DNA of 64,000 nt from Candidatus Brennerbacteria bacterium (GTDB lineage Bacteria > Patescibacteriota > Minisyncoccia > UBA6257 > GWB1-50-10), in assembly GCA_043799565.1 (NCBI GenBank), contig JAZDNP010000015.1, forward strand, positions 12,557 through 76,556, given 5' to 3'. This document shows, piece after piece, positions 45,449 through 54,645 of this stretch. Every line of letters starts with the position of its first letter. Position 1 is the stretch's first letter. A program made the position numbers and the translations under genes. Under the pieces are notes generated by a model. It was given only the letters and a program-made list of their open reading frames with translations. It was not told the origin of the DNA and made no database searches.

Positions 45449-45925
45449 ATGACACTCAGCCGCATTCACGTTTTTGCATGGATTTCGGCGGCACTCACTG
45501 CCGCATTTGTATTTGAGCTTTCCGGGGCTTTTCGTATCGGTGCCGCGGGCGTCTACGTTGCACTTCTTGTCATCCTTCTTGCGGGCTTTTTCAGCGTGCG
45601 GTGGTTTGCGGGATTTCTCGCGTTCCTTCTTCTTGTGCTTTCGTTCCTCGTGGCACCCTTTTGGGTCCTGGAAACCGGCGCAGTGGCACTTCTTGCGATT
45701 TTTCTTCTTATTGTCGCCCCTTTTCTCACCGGGAATCGGTTTTATGATTTTCTCATACTGGTTGGCGGTGGAGCGTGCGCGATAGCGGTCTTCGGTGGTG
45801 CGGTGCACGGAGGGGTTTCACTTCAAACGGTGGTGCTCACGCTCATCATGAACCTTGCGGTCGGCGCGGGGCTCTTTCTTATTGTGGAAAGAAATTCGGG
45901 GAAGGCGAGTACGTTCGCGCTATGA
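45449..45925 (+). CDS. mreD: MreD-like polytopic membrane protein
   Basis: 158 aa, entirely hydrophobic, positioned between mreC and the PBP2 gene. Confidence 0.4.
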   Translation: MTLSRIHVFAWISAALTAAFVFELSGAFRIGAAGVYVALLVILLAGFFSVRWFAGFLAFLLLVLSFLVAPFWVLETGAVALLAIFLLIVAPFLTGNRFYDFLILVGGGACAIAVFGGAVHGGVSLQTVVLTLIMNLAVGAGLFLIVERNSGKASTFAL

Positions 45926-47793
45926 CGAAGTCGCCTTTCGGACTGGAGGATGTGCTTGCCGACCGCGCCCTAGAGGACACCCTTCTTGAGGTACCACTTG
46001 GCCCCCAAGCGTTCCGCGTGTTCGTAGCGCTTTCCGCCGCGATTGCACTTGCGGTGGGGTTTCAGGTTTTCTATCTGTCTGTTGCAAAGCACGATCTCTA
46101 TGAGGCGCGGTCCGAAGCAAACGTTATGGATGTGCGTGTGGAACCGGCTCCACGCGGCATCATCCGCGACCGTTTTGGAGATGCGCTCGTGGAAAACATT
46201 CCTTCGTGGAGCGCGATTCTCGTGCCGCGCGATTTGCCCACGGATTCGGACGAACGGAATGCCATCATCACCCGCATTGCCGCGCTTCTCGGAGAAGATT
46301 CCGAGGCGCTTCGTGCGCGCGTTGCCGCAAAAGATTGGAGCGTTTCGGACCGGTTCGTTCTCTCCGACTCGCTCCCGCAAGAGGCGCTTCTTGTGCTTTC
46401 CACCGAAACCATTCCCGGGATACTCGTAGAACGTTCATTCCAGCGCGTACAAGCCGAAAAGTTCGCTTACGCACACCTTGTAGGGTATACGGGGCGGGTA
46501 GGAAACGCCGACCTCGCGCGGGACCCCACGCTGAATCCAGAGGGCGTTATCGGAAGAGCGGGAATCGAGGCGGAATACGACGAATTCCTCCGCGGCGGCG
46601 ACGGGCAGACCGTCACGTATTGGAACGCGCACGGCGAAGAGCAGGGCACCGCGCATTATGAAGCGCCCACGCCGGGCGCGGAAATAAAGACCTTCATTGA
46701 CGGTGAGCTTCAGGAACTTCTTTATGAACGTTTTTCCCGCGCGCTTCGCGAGCTCGGGAGAATTTCCGGAGTGGCGCTTGCGATGGACCCGCGAAACGGA
46801 GAAGTAAAAGCGCTGGTATCCATTCCGAGCTTTGACTCCACGAATATCGCGAAATATCTTTCCGCGTCCCACAATCCACTTTTCAATCGGGCGTCCCAAG
46901 GTACCTACAATCCCGGTTCAACCATCAAACCGCTGGTCGGTACCGCTGCGCTCGCCGAGGGAGTCATCACGCCGGAGGCCCAAATATTCTCTGCGGGTTT
47001 CATTGAAGTGCCGAACCCGTACGACCCTACGAATCCGAGCCGTTTTCTTGATAACAAAGCGCACGGATGGGTGGACATCCACTCCGCGCTCGCAAAATCT
47101 TCCAACATCTACTTCTACGAAGTGGCGGGAGGTTTTGAAAAGCAACGCGGCATCGGGATCGAGACGCTGAAAGATTGGTGGGAGCGTTTTGGGTTGGGAA
47201 AGCTGACTGGTATTGACCTCCCTGGAGAAAAAGAAGGATTACTTCCGGACCCCGCATGGAAAGAAGACGAACGCTCCGAGCCGTGGCGCGTGGGCGATAC
47301 CTACAACGTTGCGATAGGCCAAGGGGATCTCCTCGTCACGCCTTTGGAGCTTTTGAACTATATCGCCGCGGTGGGGAATGGCGGTACGCTTTGGCGCCCA
47401 CGCGTGGTCCGCTCTGTGGTGGAGAATGGCGACATTAAATTCACGAACGAACCCGAGGTTCTCTCGGACCTCACGGAGCTCGTGCGGGACGCGCTCCCCG
47501 AGGTGCAGGAGGGAATGAGGGACGTGGTGCGTCAAAGTTACGGCACTGCCCACTCGCTTTCCGACCTGCCGCTCGCGGTTGCGGCAAAAACCGGTACCGC
47601 GCAGGTGGAAGGGAATACCAAAATAAACGCCCTTTTCGTCGGGTATGCTCCGGCGAACGACCCCGAGCTCGCGCTCCTCATCCTCGTGGAGGACGCACGG
47701 GAAGGGAGCCTGAACACGGTGCCCGTAGCGCACGATATATTCCTGTGGTACTATAACGAGCGAATCAGAAACGCACCTCTTATCCATCAATAA
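45922..47793 (+). CDS. mrdA: Penicillin-binding protein 2 (peptidoglycan D,D-transpeptidase)
   Basis: GSTIKP (SxxK), KSSN (SxN) and KTGTAQ (KTG) motifs. The ATG at 45922 overlaps the mreD stop as ATGA. Confidence 0.8.
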   Translation: MTKSPFGLEDVLADRALEDTLLEVPLGPQAFRVFVALSAAIALAVGFQVFYLSVAKHDLYEARSEANVMDVRVEPAPRGIIRDRFGDALVENIPSWSAILVPRDLPTDSDERNAIITRIAALLGEDSEALRARVAAKDWSVSDRFVLSDSLPQEALLVLSTETIPGILVERSFQRVQAEKFAYAHLVGYTGRVGNADLARDPTLNPEGVIGRAGIEAEYDEFLRGGDGQTVTYWNAHGEEQGTAHYEAPTPGAEIKTFIDGELQELLYERFSRALRELGRISGVALAMDPRNGEVKALVSIPSFDSTNIAKYLSASHNPLFNRASQGTYNPGSTIKPLVGTAALAEGVITPEAQIFSAGFIEVPNPYDPTNPSRFLDNKAHGWVDIHSALAKSSNIYFYEVAGGFEKQRGIGIETLKDWWERFGLGKLTGIDLPGEKEGLLPDPAWKEDERSEPWRVGDTYNVAIGQGDLLVTPLELLNYIAAVGNGGTLWRPRVVRSVVENGDIKFTNEPEVLSDLTELVRDALPEVQEGMRDVVRQSYGTAHSLSDLPLAVAAKTGTAQVEGNTKINALFVGYAPANDPELALLILVEDAREGSLNTVPVAHDIFLWYYNERIRNAPLIHQ

Positions 47794-47796
47794 ACG

Positions 47797-48267
47797 ATGC
47801 TGAGCCATGCCTATCTCACCCAAGAGCGATATGATGAGGTCGTTCGTGAGGTGAACAAACTAAAAACGGAAGAGCGAAGGCGCGTTGCGGAACGCCTGAA
47901 AAATGCGAAAGACCTCGGAGATCTCTCCGAGAATTTTGATTATCACGAGGCACGCGAGGAGCAGGCACGCCTGGAAGCGCGCATCCACGAGTTGGAGGAG
48001 CTTCTCCGGAACTCCGTCATCATCAAAAAAGCATCCGGTAACTCCACGGTGCGCATCGGCGGCAAGGTAACCGTGACGAAACTTGGCGAGGGGCTGGGCG
48101 GAACAGCATTCACCATTGTGGGTTCAAGCGAAGCAAAGCCCGCAGAAGGTTTTATATCCAACGAATCTCCGCTCGGGCGGGCACTCCTCGGGAAAAAGGT
48201 AGGGGACAGCGTGTCGGTCACTACGCCGAAAGGCGCGAGCACATATCAGGTGGTAAGGATAGAATAA
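47797..48267 (+). CDS. greA: Transcription elongation factor GreA
   Basis: 156 aa with a canonical GreA coiled-coil and FKBP-like domain (...LSENFDYHEAREEQ...). Confidence 0.85.
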   Translation: MLSHAYLTQERYDEVVREVNKLKTEERRRVAERLKNAKDLGDLSENFDYHEAREEQARLEARIHELEELLRNSVIIKKASGNSTVRIGGKVTVTKLGEGLGGTAFTIVGSSEAKPAEGFISNESPLGRALLGKKVGDSVSVTTPKGASTYQVVRIE

Positions 48268-48271
48268 AAGC

Positions 48272-49714
48272 ATGAAAGAGGAGCTTCTTCGGGAACGTGC
48301 ACGGAAGCGGGAGCGGTATGAAAAAATCGCCGATCCTTACCCCGCACGTGTGGCGCGCGATAAAAGCATCGCGGAAGCGCTCGCGTCGTTCGGGAAAAAA
48401 GGAAATCGTCCGCTTTCTCTTGTGGGGCGCATAACCTCGCTTCGGGACCAAGGAAAAATTATTTTTGCGAACTGCACGGACGAAAGCGGCACCATACAAC
48501 TCGTACTGGAGAACGGTATAACAAAACAATTTGATATCGTGAAGGACGCATGGGACGTCGGTGACTTCGTGGAAGCGAAGGGGAAGCTTATGACAACGAA
48601 GCGCGGCACCAAGAGCCTTGCGGTCCAAACAACCCGCGTCATTGCAAAGAGCATGCGTCCGCTCCCAGTGCACTGGTATGGGCTTGAAGATATTGAGACG
48701 CGTCTCCGCAAGCGCTACCTGGACCTCCTGGTCCATCCGGAGACAAAAGAGCTTTTCATCAAAAAGGAACGATTTTGGAATGCGGTTAGGCGTTCGCTTG
48801 CGGCGGAAGGATTTCACGAGGTGGAAACGGGTGTTTTGGAAGCGGTACCGGGAGGCGCCGATGCTGAACCTTTCATCACACATCACAATGCGCTCAATAC
48901 CGATTTCTACCTCCGTATTTCCCTGGAGCTTCCGTTGAAGCGTCTCCTGGTTGGTGGGTTCGAAAAAGTGTGTGAAATCGGGCGCGTGTTTCGCAATGAG
49001 GGGATAGACCGCGAACATCTTCAGGATTACACCGCGATGGAATGCTACGCGGCGTATTGGGACGAGGAGCGGATGATGAAATTCGTGCAAGCGATGTATC
49101 AACGCGTGGTGAAAGAAACCACACAAGGTCTCACCACGACATACGAAGGAGTGCAGTTGAAGTGGGGAGGAAAATGGAAAAAGGTGGACTATTTTGAAGC
49201 GTTCAAGAAGGGAACCGGAATTGATCTTACGAAAGCCACGGATATGGAACTCCGCGCGAAAGCAAAGGTGCTCGGGCTTGCCCCCGAAGCGGGTGCATTA
49301 CGTGGCCGGCTCATTGACCTCATATATAAAAAGACGGTGAGACCCAAGCTCGTGCAACCGTCGTTCCTTGTCGGACACCCAACGGAAATTTCACCGCTCG
49401 CGAAAAAAGACCCAAAGCGACCGGGACGAGCACTCCGATTTCAGCCTATGGCGGCGGGAAGCGAGATGGGGAACGGCTGGGCGGAACAGAACGATCCCAA
49501 AGAGCAGCGCGAGCGTTTTGAGGAGCAGGAGCGTGCACGCGCGGCGGGAGACAAGGAAGCGCAGCGGCTGGACGAGGATTTCATTGAAGCGCTTGAATAC
49601 GGCATGCCGCCCGCGGCGGGATTCGGGCTTTCGGAACGCCTTTTCGCCATACTTATGGATAAGCCGATGCGTGAAACAACCATCTTCCCGCTTATGAAAG
49701 CGGAAGGTAAATAA
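48272..49714 (+). CDS. lysS: Lysine--tRNA ligase (class II)
   Basis: Anticodon-binding OB fold plus class II motifs (...FHEVETGVLE...GGADAEPFITHHNALN...RVFRNEGID...). Confidence 0.9.
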   Translation: MKEELLRERARKRERYEKIADPYPARVARDKSIAEALASFGKKGNRPLSLVGRITSLRDQGKIIFANCTDESGTIQLVLENGITKQFDIVKDAWDVGDFVEAKGKLMTTKRGTKSLAVQTTRVIAKSMRPLPVHWYGLEDIETRLRKRYLDLLVHPETKELFIKKERFWNAVRRSLAAEGFHEVETGVLEAVPGGADAEPFITHHNALNTDFYLRISLELPLKRLLVGGFEKVCEIGRVFRNEGIDREHLQDYTAMECYAAYWDEERMMKFVQAMYQRVVKETTQGLTTTYEGVQLKWGGKWKKVDYFEAFKKGTGIDLTKATDMELRAKAKVLGLAPEAGALRGRLIDLIYKKTVRPKLVQPSFLVGHPTEISPLAKKDPKRPGRALRFQPMAAGSEMGNGWAEQNDPKEQRERFEEQERARAAGDKEAQRLDEDFIEALEYGMPPAAGFGLSERLFAILMDKPMRETTIFPLMKAEGK

Positions 49715-49719
49715 TCAAT

Positions 49720-50976
49720 ATGATTGACGTTCATTTTTTGAGAGAACATACGGAGGAGGCGAAGAAGGCGCTCGCGCGGAAGAGGGTGGACGAAAAGCTC
49801 GTGGATAAGTTCCTTCGCGTGGACCAGAACTGGCGCACGAAGCGTGCGGCGTTGGACGGACTTCAGGCGGAGCAGAAAGTCGTGTCAAAGACGCTTGCGG
49901 GCGGCAAGAACGAGGAATTAATCTCGCAGGCGCAGATATTGAAGGCCCGCATCGCGGAGGTGACGGAATCGCTCGTTGATGTGGAGAAGAAGCGCACTGT
50001 GCTCCTTGAGCAATTCCCCAATCCTCCATTCCCAGACGTTCCCGAAGGTCCCAACGCATCCGGCAATCGTGTGCTTCGCGAAGTGGGCGAGAAGCCGGAG
50101 TTTGATTTTAAGCCGGAGGATTATTTGGAAATCGCGGAACACCTCGGCATTATTGACGTGAAACGCGCGGCGAACGTTGCGGGAAGCCGCTTTGGATATC
50201 TCATGGGTGACGGCGCGCTCCTTGAATTCGCGCTCGTGAAGCTTGCAATGGATACGCTCGGCGAACACGGATTTATACCGGTGGTGCCGCCCGTGATGAT
50301 ACGCCCCGAGGTTTTCATGGGCATGGGACGGCTCGCCTCCGATCAAAAAGAGGAGCGCTACTATCTTCCAAAGGATGAATTGTATCTTGTGGGGAGCGGG
50401 GAGCACACCATGGGCCCCATCCATATGGATGAAACGCTGGAAGTGAAAGACCTCCCGCGCCGCTATGCCGGTTTCTCCACATGCTTCCGGCGCGAAGCGG
50501 GGAGTTATGGCAAGGACACTAAGGGAATTTTGCGCGTACACCAATTCGACAAGGTTGAAATGTTCTCATTTGCTGACCCGGCGGTATCCGAGAAGGAGCA
50601 TCGTTTTCTTGTGGACCGGCAGGAAGAGCTTATGCAAAAACTAGAGCTTCCGTACCGCGTAGTGGAAATCTGCACGGGAGATATGGGGTGGACCGACGCG
50701 CGGCAGTTCGACATTGAAACATGGTTTCCAGGAACAAACGAGTATCGTGAGACGCAGTCGGCTTCCAATACCACCGATTTCCAGTCGCGCGGCATCAACG
50801 TAAAAGTGAAGGGGAAAGACGGGGAGAAGATATTCGCGCATATGCTCAACGCGACGGCGTTCGCGATAGGCCGAACGCTCTCCGCCATCATTGAGAACAA
50901 CCAGACAAAGAATGGTACGGTGAAGATACCGAAGGCGCTCCAGGCGTATTTAGGAAAGAAAGAGATAGTAAAGTAA
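49720..50976 (+). CDS. serS: Serine--tRNA ligase
   Basis: N-terminal coiled coil plus class II core (...RFGYLMGDGALLE...FRREAGSYGKDTKGI...). Confidence 0.9.
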   Translation: MIDVHFLREHTEEAKKALARKRVDEKLVDKFLRVDQNWRTKRAALDGLQAEQKVVSKTLAGGKNEELISQAQILKARIAEVTESLVDVEKKRTVLLEQFPNPPFPDVPEGPNASGNRVLREVGEKPEFDFKPEDYLEIAEHLGIIDVKRAANVAGSRFGYLMGDGALLEFALVKLAMDTLGEHGFIPVVPPVMIRPEVFMGMGRLASDQKEERYYLPKDELYLVGSGEHTMGPIHMDETLEVKDLPRRYAGFSTCFRREAGSYGKDTKGILRVHQFDKVEMFSFADPAVSEKEHRFLVDRQEELMQKLELPYRVVEICTGDMGWTDARQFDIETWFPGTNEYRETQSASNTTDFQSRGINVKVKGKDGEKIFAHMLNATAFAIGRTLSAIIENNQTKNGTVKIPKALQAYLGKKEIVK

Positions 50977-51001
50977 AAACCGCGCACACCGCGGTTTTTT
51001 C
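50977..51001 (+). terminator. Rho-independent terminator ending the long plus-strand gene string (aaccgcg-cacac-cgcggtt then TTTTTC)
   Basis: Read directly, 0-2 nt after the serS stop. Confidence 0.6.
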
Positions 51002-51018
51002 TTGTACAATATAGAGAA

Positions 51019-51618
51019 ATGCGGACATTAGTGACGCGGATGTTGTGGCTCGCGGTGGCGTGTGCACTCCTCTATGGGGGTTTTGTAGCGTATGAGCGCT
51101 GGTGGGATGGCGATCTTTCGTTCATGAAAGATCGTGTGCTTTCGTTTGTGAGCGACAAAACCGATGAGGTGAAGGGACGTGCGGAGGAAGTGGGGGGAGA
51201 GGTTTTGGAGACCGTGAAAGAAGAAGCGACCGAACAAGCAAAGAGCGCTGTTTCGTCGCTCATTAGAGGCGCGATAGGGTCCATCGGCGAAGCGATACAA
51301 AAATATGGCGAAACGGTTGCGGGGAATCCTTCTGCGGAATCCGCACCCGCCGCAACTGGAGACACGTTTTCTGTGCCTCCACCACCCGTGGCGCTTACCG
51401 CAAAGGCGAATGCCGCACTTTCATTCGTGGTGAATGAGGGAGAAAGTTACTCTGCGGCATGGGGAGACGGCGCATTCGATGAGGGTACCAAGGAGGTGAA
51501 TGTGGGAGTGATTCTTCGTCATGCGTGGAGTACGCCCGGTGATTACACTATGACACTTATAACAAAAGCGAACGGCAACACACGCACGCAAACATTCCCC
51601 ATTCGTATCTACGAGTAA
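51019..51618 (+). CDS. Hypothetical membrane-anchored protein
   Basis: 199 aa with an N-terminal TM segment (WLAVACALLYGGFVAY); function unknown. Confidence 0.45.
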   Translation: MRTLVTRMLWLAVACALLYGGFVAYERWWDGDLSFMKDRVLSFVSDKTDEVKGRAEEVGGEVLETVKEEATEQAKSAVSSLIRGAIGSIGEAIQKYGETVAGNPSAESAPAATGDTFSVPPPPVALTAKANAALSFVVNEGESYSAAWGDGAFDEGTKEVNVGVILRHAWSTPGDYTMTLITKANGNTRTQTFPIRIYE

Positions 51619-51619
51619 T

Positions 51620-52429
51620 ATGGCGCGATTTTCTGAACAGCATGAAATATTGAAAGGTTCTCGCACGAGAGCCCGCCGCCGGATGTTCTTCAAAATTATT
51701 ATTGGGTGGGTGGTAGTGCTCGCGCTTCTCGGCGGCGGTATTTACACACTTATTGTCACTGATGCACTTAAAGTGCGCGAGGTGCGTGTGGAAGGCGTCC
51801 GCCTTGCGGACCACGCGAAAGTGAAATCCGTACTCGCGGAGAGCGTAGGCGGCGAAGCGCCTCGTTCGTGGTTTGCGGACGACCTTACGTTGTTTTGGCT
51901 ATTTCTGAAACCGCCCGAGTCGTTCCTTAACGCGTTCCCAATGTTCAGAAAGGTTGATGTGGTAACACATCTTTTTTCGCGGGAAGTGGTGATACGCGTT
52001 GCCGAAAGAGAACTCTACGGCGTGTGGTGCATCGTCGGAGGGGAATGCTTTGCGTTCGATGACGAGGGAGTGGTATTCGGCAAGGCGCCCGCGACGTACG
52101 GTACGCTCGTCACTAAAGTAACCGACGTCCGAACGGCCACCTTCTCCGCCGGGGAATCGGTACTTTCCGACGCAGAGTGGCGAGGCCGGATGCTTCGCAC
52201 GCTCGGGGTCCTCCGTGAGTTGAGGCTTACTCCGCGCGCCATCACAGTGCGGGAACCCGCGCTCCGCGAATGGGAGGTGGTTCTTGCGGAAGGTCCGACG
52301 TTGAAATTTTCCTTTGCGTTCGCGCCGGAACGTTTAGATGAAACACTTACCACGCTTTCTCGGCGTGCCGATTTTCGCGCGCTCACATACCTTGATTTCC
52401 GGGTTCAGGACCGTCTCTACTATAAATAA
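51620..52429 (+). CDS. ftsQ: Cell division protein FtsQ/DivIB-like (POTRA domain)
   Basis: Short cytoplasmic tail, one TM segment, then ...LKVREVRVEGVRLADHAKVKSVL..., which is POTRA-like. Confidence 0.5.
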   Translation: MARFSEQHEILKGSRTRARRRMFFKIIIGWVVVLALLGGGIYTLIVTDALKVREVRVEGVRLADHAKVKSVLAESVGGEAPRSWFADDLTLFWLFLKPPESFLNAFPMFRKVDVVTHLFSREVVIRVAERELYGVWCIVGGECFAFDDEGVVFGKAPATYGTLVTKVTDVRTATFSAGESVLSDAEWRGRMLRTLGVLRELRLTPRAITVREPALREWEVVLAEGPTLKFSFAFAPERLDETLTTLSRRADFRALTYLDFRVQDRLYYK

Positions 52430-52437
52430 CAAATGGT

Positions 52438-53253
52438 ATGATGAAAGAAATGAAGCATCGCGAGGGCTTTACGCTCATTGAACTCATTATTTACATGGCC
52501 ATCTTTGGGGTGAGCGCGGTGTTTTTGGTTTCCATTCTGACCGCGGTGACGCGCACCCAAGTGCGCCAGGCATCCGGGAACGAGGTGAACCAGCAGCTTT
52601 CGTTCGTTGCATCCACCATCCAGCGTCTCGTGCGGAGCGCGTCGGTCATCGCGAATGATGCAGGAGTGGCGTCCACCACGCTCGTGTTGCGCATGGCGTC
52701 GTCCACCGTGGATCCCACGTACATCTATGTAGACGCTTCTTCCACTGCCATCTATCTCCAGGAGGCGACGTCTACGCCTATACGTCTTACCGACGACAAA
52801 GTAGCGGTGGGAAATTTTTCTGTGACGAAGCAAGAGCCGTCCGGCGGTCTCGCGGTAGTACATGTGGATCTCACGCTGGAATACCAATCAGCGTCAACTC
52901 AATCTCAAGCGACGCGCACGTGGAGCGGTGCCATCGCGCGCATTTCCGCCGCTATGTTCGATACCGGCATCGTCCCGAACTTAGACAACAACATTGACCT
53001 CGGAAGCACACTGCTCCGGTGGAAGGATGCTTATTTTTCAAATAGCGTTACGATAGGGACGAACGGCGAACTTGGGGTAGGGGGGAGCCCCTCCGCACTT
53101 TCCACGACGAAGATATTTGTGACGGGCGGTGATGTGGGATTTGCCACCAGTACCTACGGCATTCTTCTGATGGCCCCAGGAGGCACTTGTTATCGCCTTA
53201 AAATGGCGAACGGGGGCGCACTTACGACCTCAACGGAAACCTGCCCGAATTAG
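52438..53253 (+). CDS. Type IV pilin / pseudopilin (prepilin-type N-terminal cleavage/methylation domain)
   Basis: HREG | FTLIELIIYMAIFGVSAV is a class III signal; the C-terminal domain is Thr/Ser-rich. Confidence 0.7.
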   Translation: MMKEMKHREGFTLIELIIYMAIFGVSAVFLVSILTAVTRTQVRQASGNEVNQQLSFVASTIQRLVRSASVIANDAGVASTTLVLRMASSTVDPTYIYVDASSTAIYLQEATSTPIRLTDDKVAVGNFSVTKQEPSGGLAVVHVDLTLEYQSASTQSQATRTWSGAIARISAAMFDTGIVPNLDNNIDLGSTLLRWKDAYFSNSVTIGTNGELGVGGSPSALSTTKIFVTGGDVGFATSTYGILLMAPGGTCYRLKMANGGALTTSTETCPN

Positions 53254-53276
53254 CGCTTGACACCGTTGAGCGCTAA
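53250..53276 (+). promoter_or_regulatory. CIRCE-like operator (TTAGCGCTT-N9-GAGCGCTAA) overlapping a TTGACA -35 hexamer
   Basis: The CIRCE consensus is TTAGCACTC-N9-GAGTGCTAA; 7/9 and 8/9 arm matches. It sits upstream of hrcA-grpE-dnaK. Confidence 0.5.
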
Positions 53277-53415
53277 TACTATCCTTGGAGGATATGAATC
53301 CCGTTAGAGATAACCGGATTATATATGTTATGGATGGTAATGTTTGTATGCACAATAAGTTAGAGTGGAAAGGCCGTGGTGTTGCGGTCGCCTCGGGCGG
53401 CCTATCTCTAACGGG

Positions 53416-54123
53416 ATGAAGGAGCGTACGCGTACTATCCTTGAAACCGCGGTCCGTGACTTTATCCACGAGGGCCGTCCGCTCACGTCCGATTACCTCT
53501 ACGAGCGGTACGATTTCGGGATAAAACCCGCAATGATACGGTGGGAGCTCCAAAAGCTCGCGGATGAGGGGTTTCTTTACCAACTGCGCCCATCGGGAGG
53601 GCGATTTCCCACACGGAAGGCCTACGCCGCATACGTGGAGAGCATTGAATCCCGTGCCGATGCCTATTCGGGCATCGAGCATCCACGACGGCTTCGCCGT
53701 CGGGACAAGGTACGTGCCATAACTCCGCCCCGCACCATGGCGGAATTCCCGAAGGAAATCGCGGAAGAGTTGAATGTAATGGGTGCGGGGTATGACCCGC
53801 GCAGGCGGGTATTCCACGAATGTGGGCTCACCAATCTTATTGAGGAGCTCGAGACAGATGTGCGGGAGGAACTACTTGGCGTGGTCCGCGATGTGGAGCG
53901 TTTGGAAGAGCGTCTCGTTTCGCACCTCGGTGCATGGGAGGACGACGACGTGTGGCCAAAGATTTTCGTGGGTGAAACGCCACTTACCAAAACCAAGCTT
54001 CTTTCCGTGCTGGTAGGACGGATGGGGAGCTCGCGCGACCCGTTCTTCGTGCTTGCAGTGGGGCCACTTCGTATGGATTACGAAAAATCACTTGCGCTTT
54101 TTAGAACATTTGACGAGATGTAA
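53416..54123 (+). CDS. hrcA: Heat-inducible transcription repressor HrcA-like (short form)
   Basis: The N-terminal winged helix MKERTRTILETAVRDFIHEGRPLTSDYL...GIKPAMIRWELQKLADEGFLYQLRPSGGRFPTRKAYAAYV resembles HrcA. Context supports it: CIRCE upstream, grpE-dnaK-dnaJ downstream. The protein is 235 aa versus about 340 aa for typical HrcA. Confidence 0.55.
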   Translation: MKERTRTILETAVRDFIHEGRPLTSDYLYERYDFGIKPAMIRWELQKLADEGFLYQLRPSGGRFPTRKAYAAYVESIESRADAYSGIEHPRRLRRRDKVRAITPPRTMAEFPKEIAEELNVMGAGYDPRRRVFHECGLTNLIEELETDVREELLGVVRDVERLEERLVSHLGAWEDDDVWPKIFVGETPLTKTKLLSVLVGRMGSSRDPFFVLAVGPLRMDYEKSLALFRTFDEM

Positions 54124-54127
54124 CACT

Positions 54128-54625
54128 ATGAACGACACACCAGAGAAAAAATTGACGGTTGAGGAACTCGAACAGGCGCTCGCGGAGTGTGAGCGTGTGC
54201 GCGACGAATATCTGGACGGCTGGAAGCGCGCCAAGGCGGATTTTGCGAACTACAAGAAAGACGAAGAGGTGCGTGCGACAACACTTGTGAAATTCGCGAA
54301 CGAAATAGTACTTTCCGATCTCCTTCATGTGCTTGACAGTTTTGACCTTGGTCTTGCAACCGTTTCCGAAACCGACCCTGCGCGGAAAGGAATGGAACTT
54401 ATCCGGGGGCAACTAGAAGAGGCCTTGAGACGCCACGGAGTTGAGAGGATTCAGGTGAGACCGGGCGATGCGTTTGACCCGGCACGCCATGAAGCGATAG
54501 GTGAAATCGCCGCCGGAGTACCGCCTGGCACCATAGTGGAGGAGGGCGGTGCCGGATATCTCCTCAATGGTAAGCTCGTAAGGCCGGTGCGCGTAAAACT
54601 ATCCAAAGGTCCTGGAACGAAATAA
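54128..54625 (+). CDS. grpE: Nucleotide exchange factor GrpE
   Basis: [16 protein letters not shown]...[15 protein letters not shown]... coiled coil plus a beta domain. The ORF-track start at 54053 lies inside hrcA. Confidence 0.85.
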   Translation: MNDTPEKKLTVEELEQALAECERVRDEYLDGWKRAKADFANYKKDEEVRATTLVKFANEIVLSDLLHVLDSFDLGLATVSETDPARKGMELIRGQLEEALRRHGVERIQVRPGDAFDPARHEAIGEIAAGVPPGTIVEEGGAGYLLNGKLVRPVRVKLSKGPGTK

Positions 54626-54645
54626 CAAATCAAACACAATCAACT

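Noticed and set aside
53365-53415. Upstream GTG start for hrcA giving a 17-aa N-terminal extension (MERPWCCGRLGRPISNG)
   Set aside because: The HrcA-like winged-helix alignment begins at MKERTRTIL (ATG 53416). The extension is Cys/Arg-rich and overlaps the stem and uORF region, so ATG 53416 is preferred.
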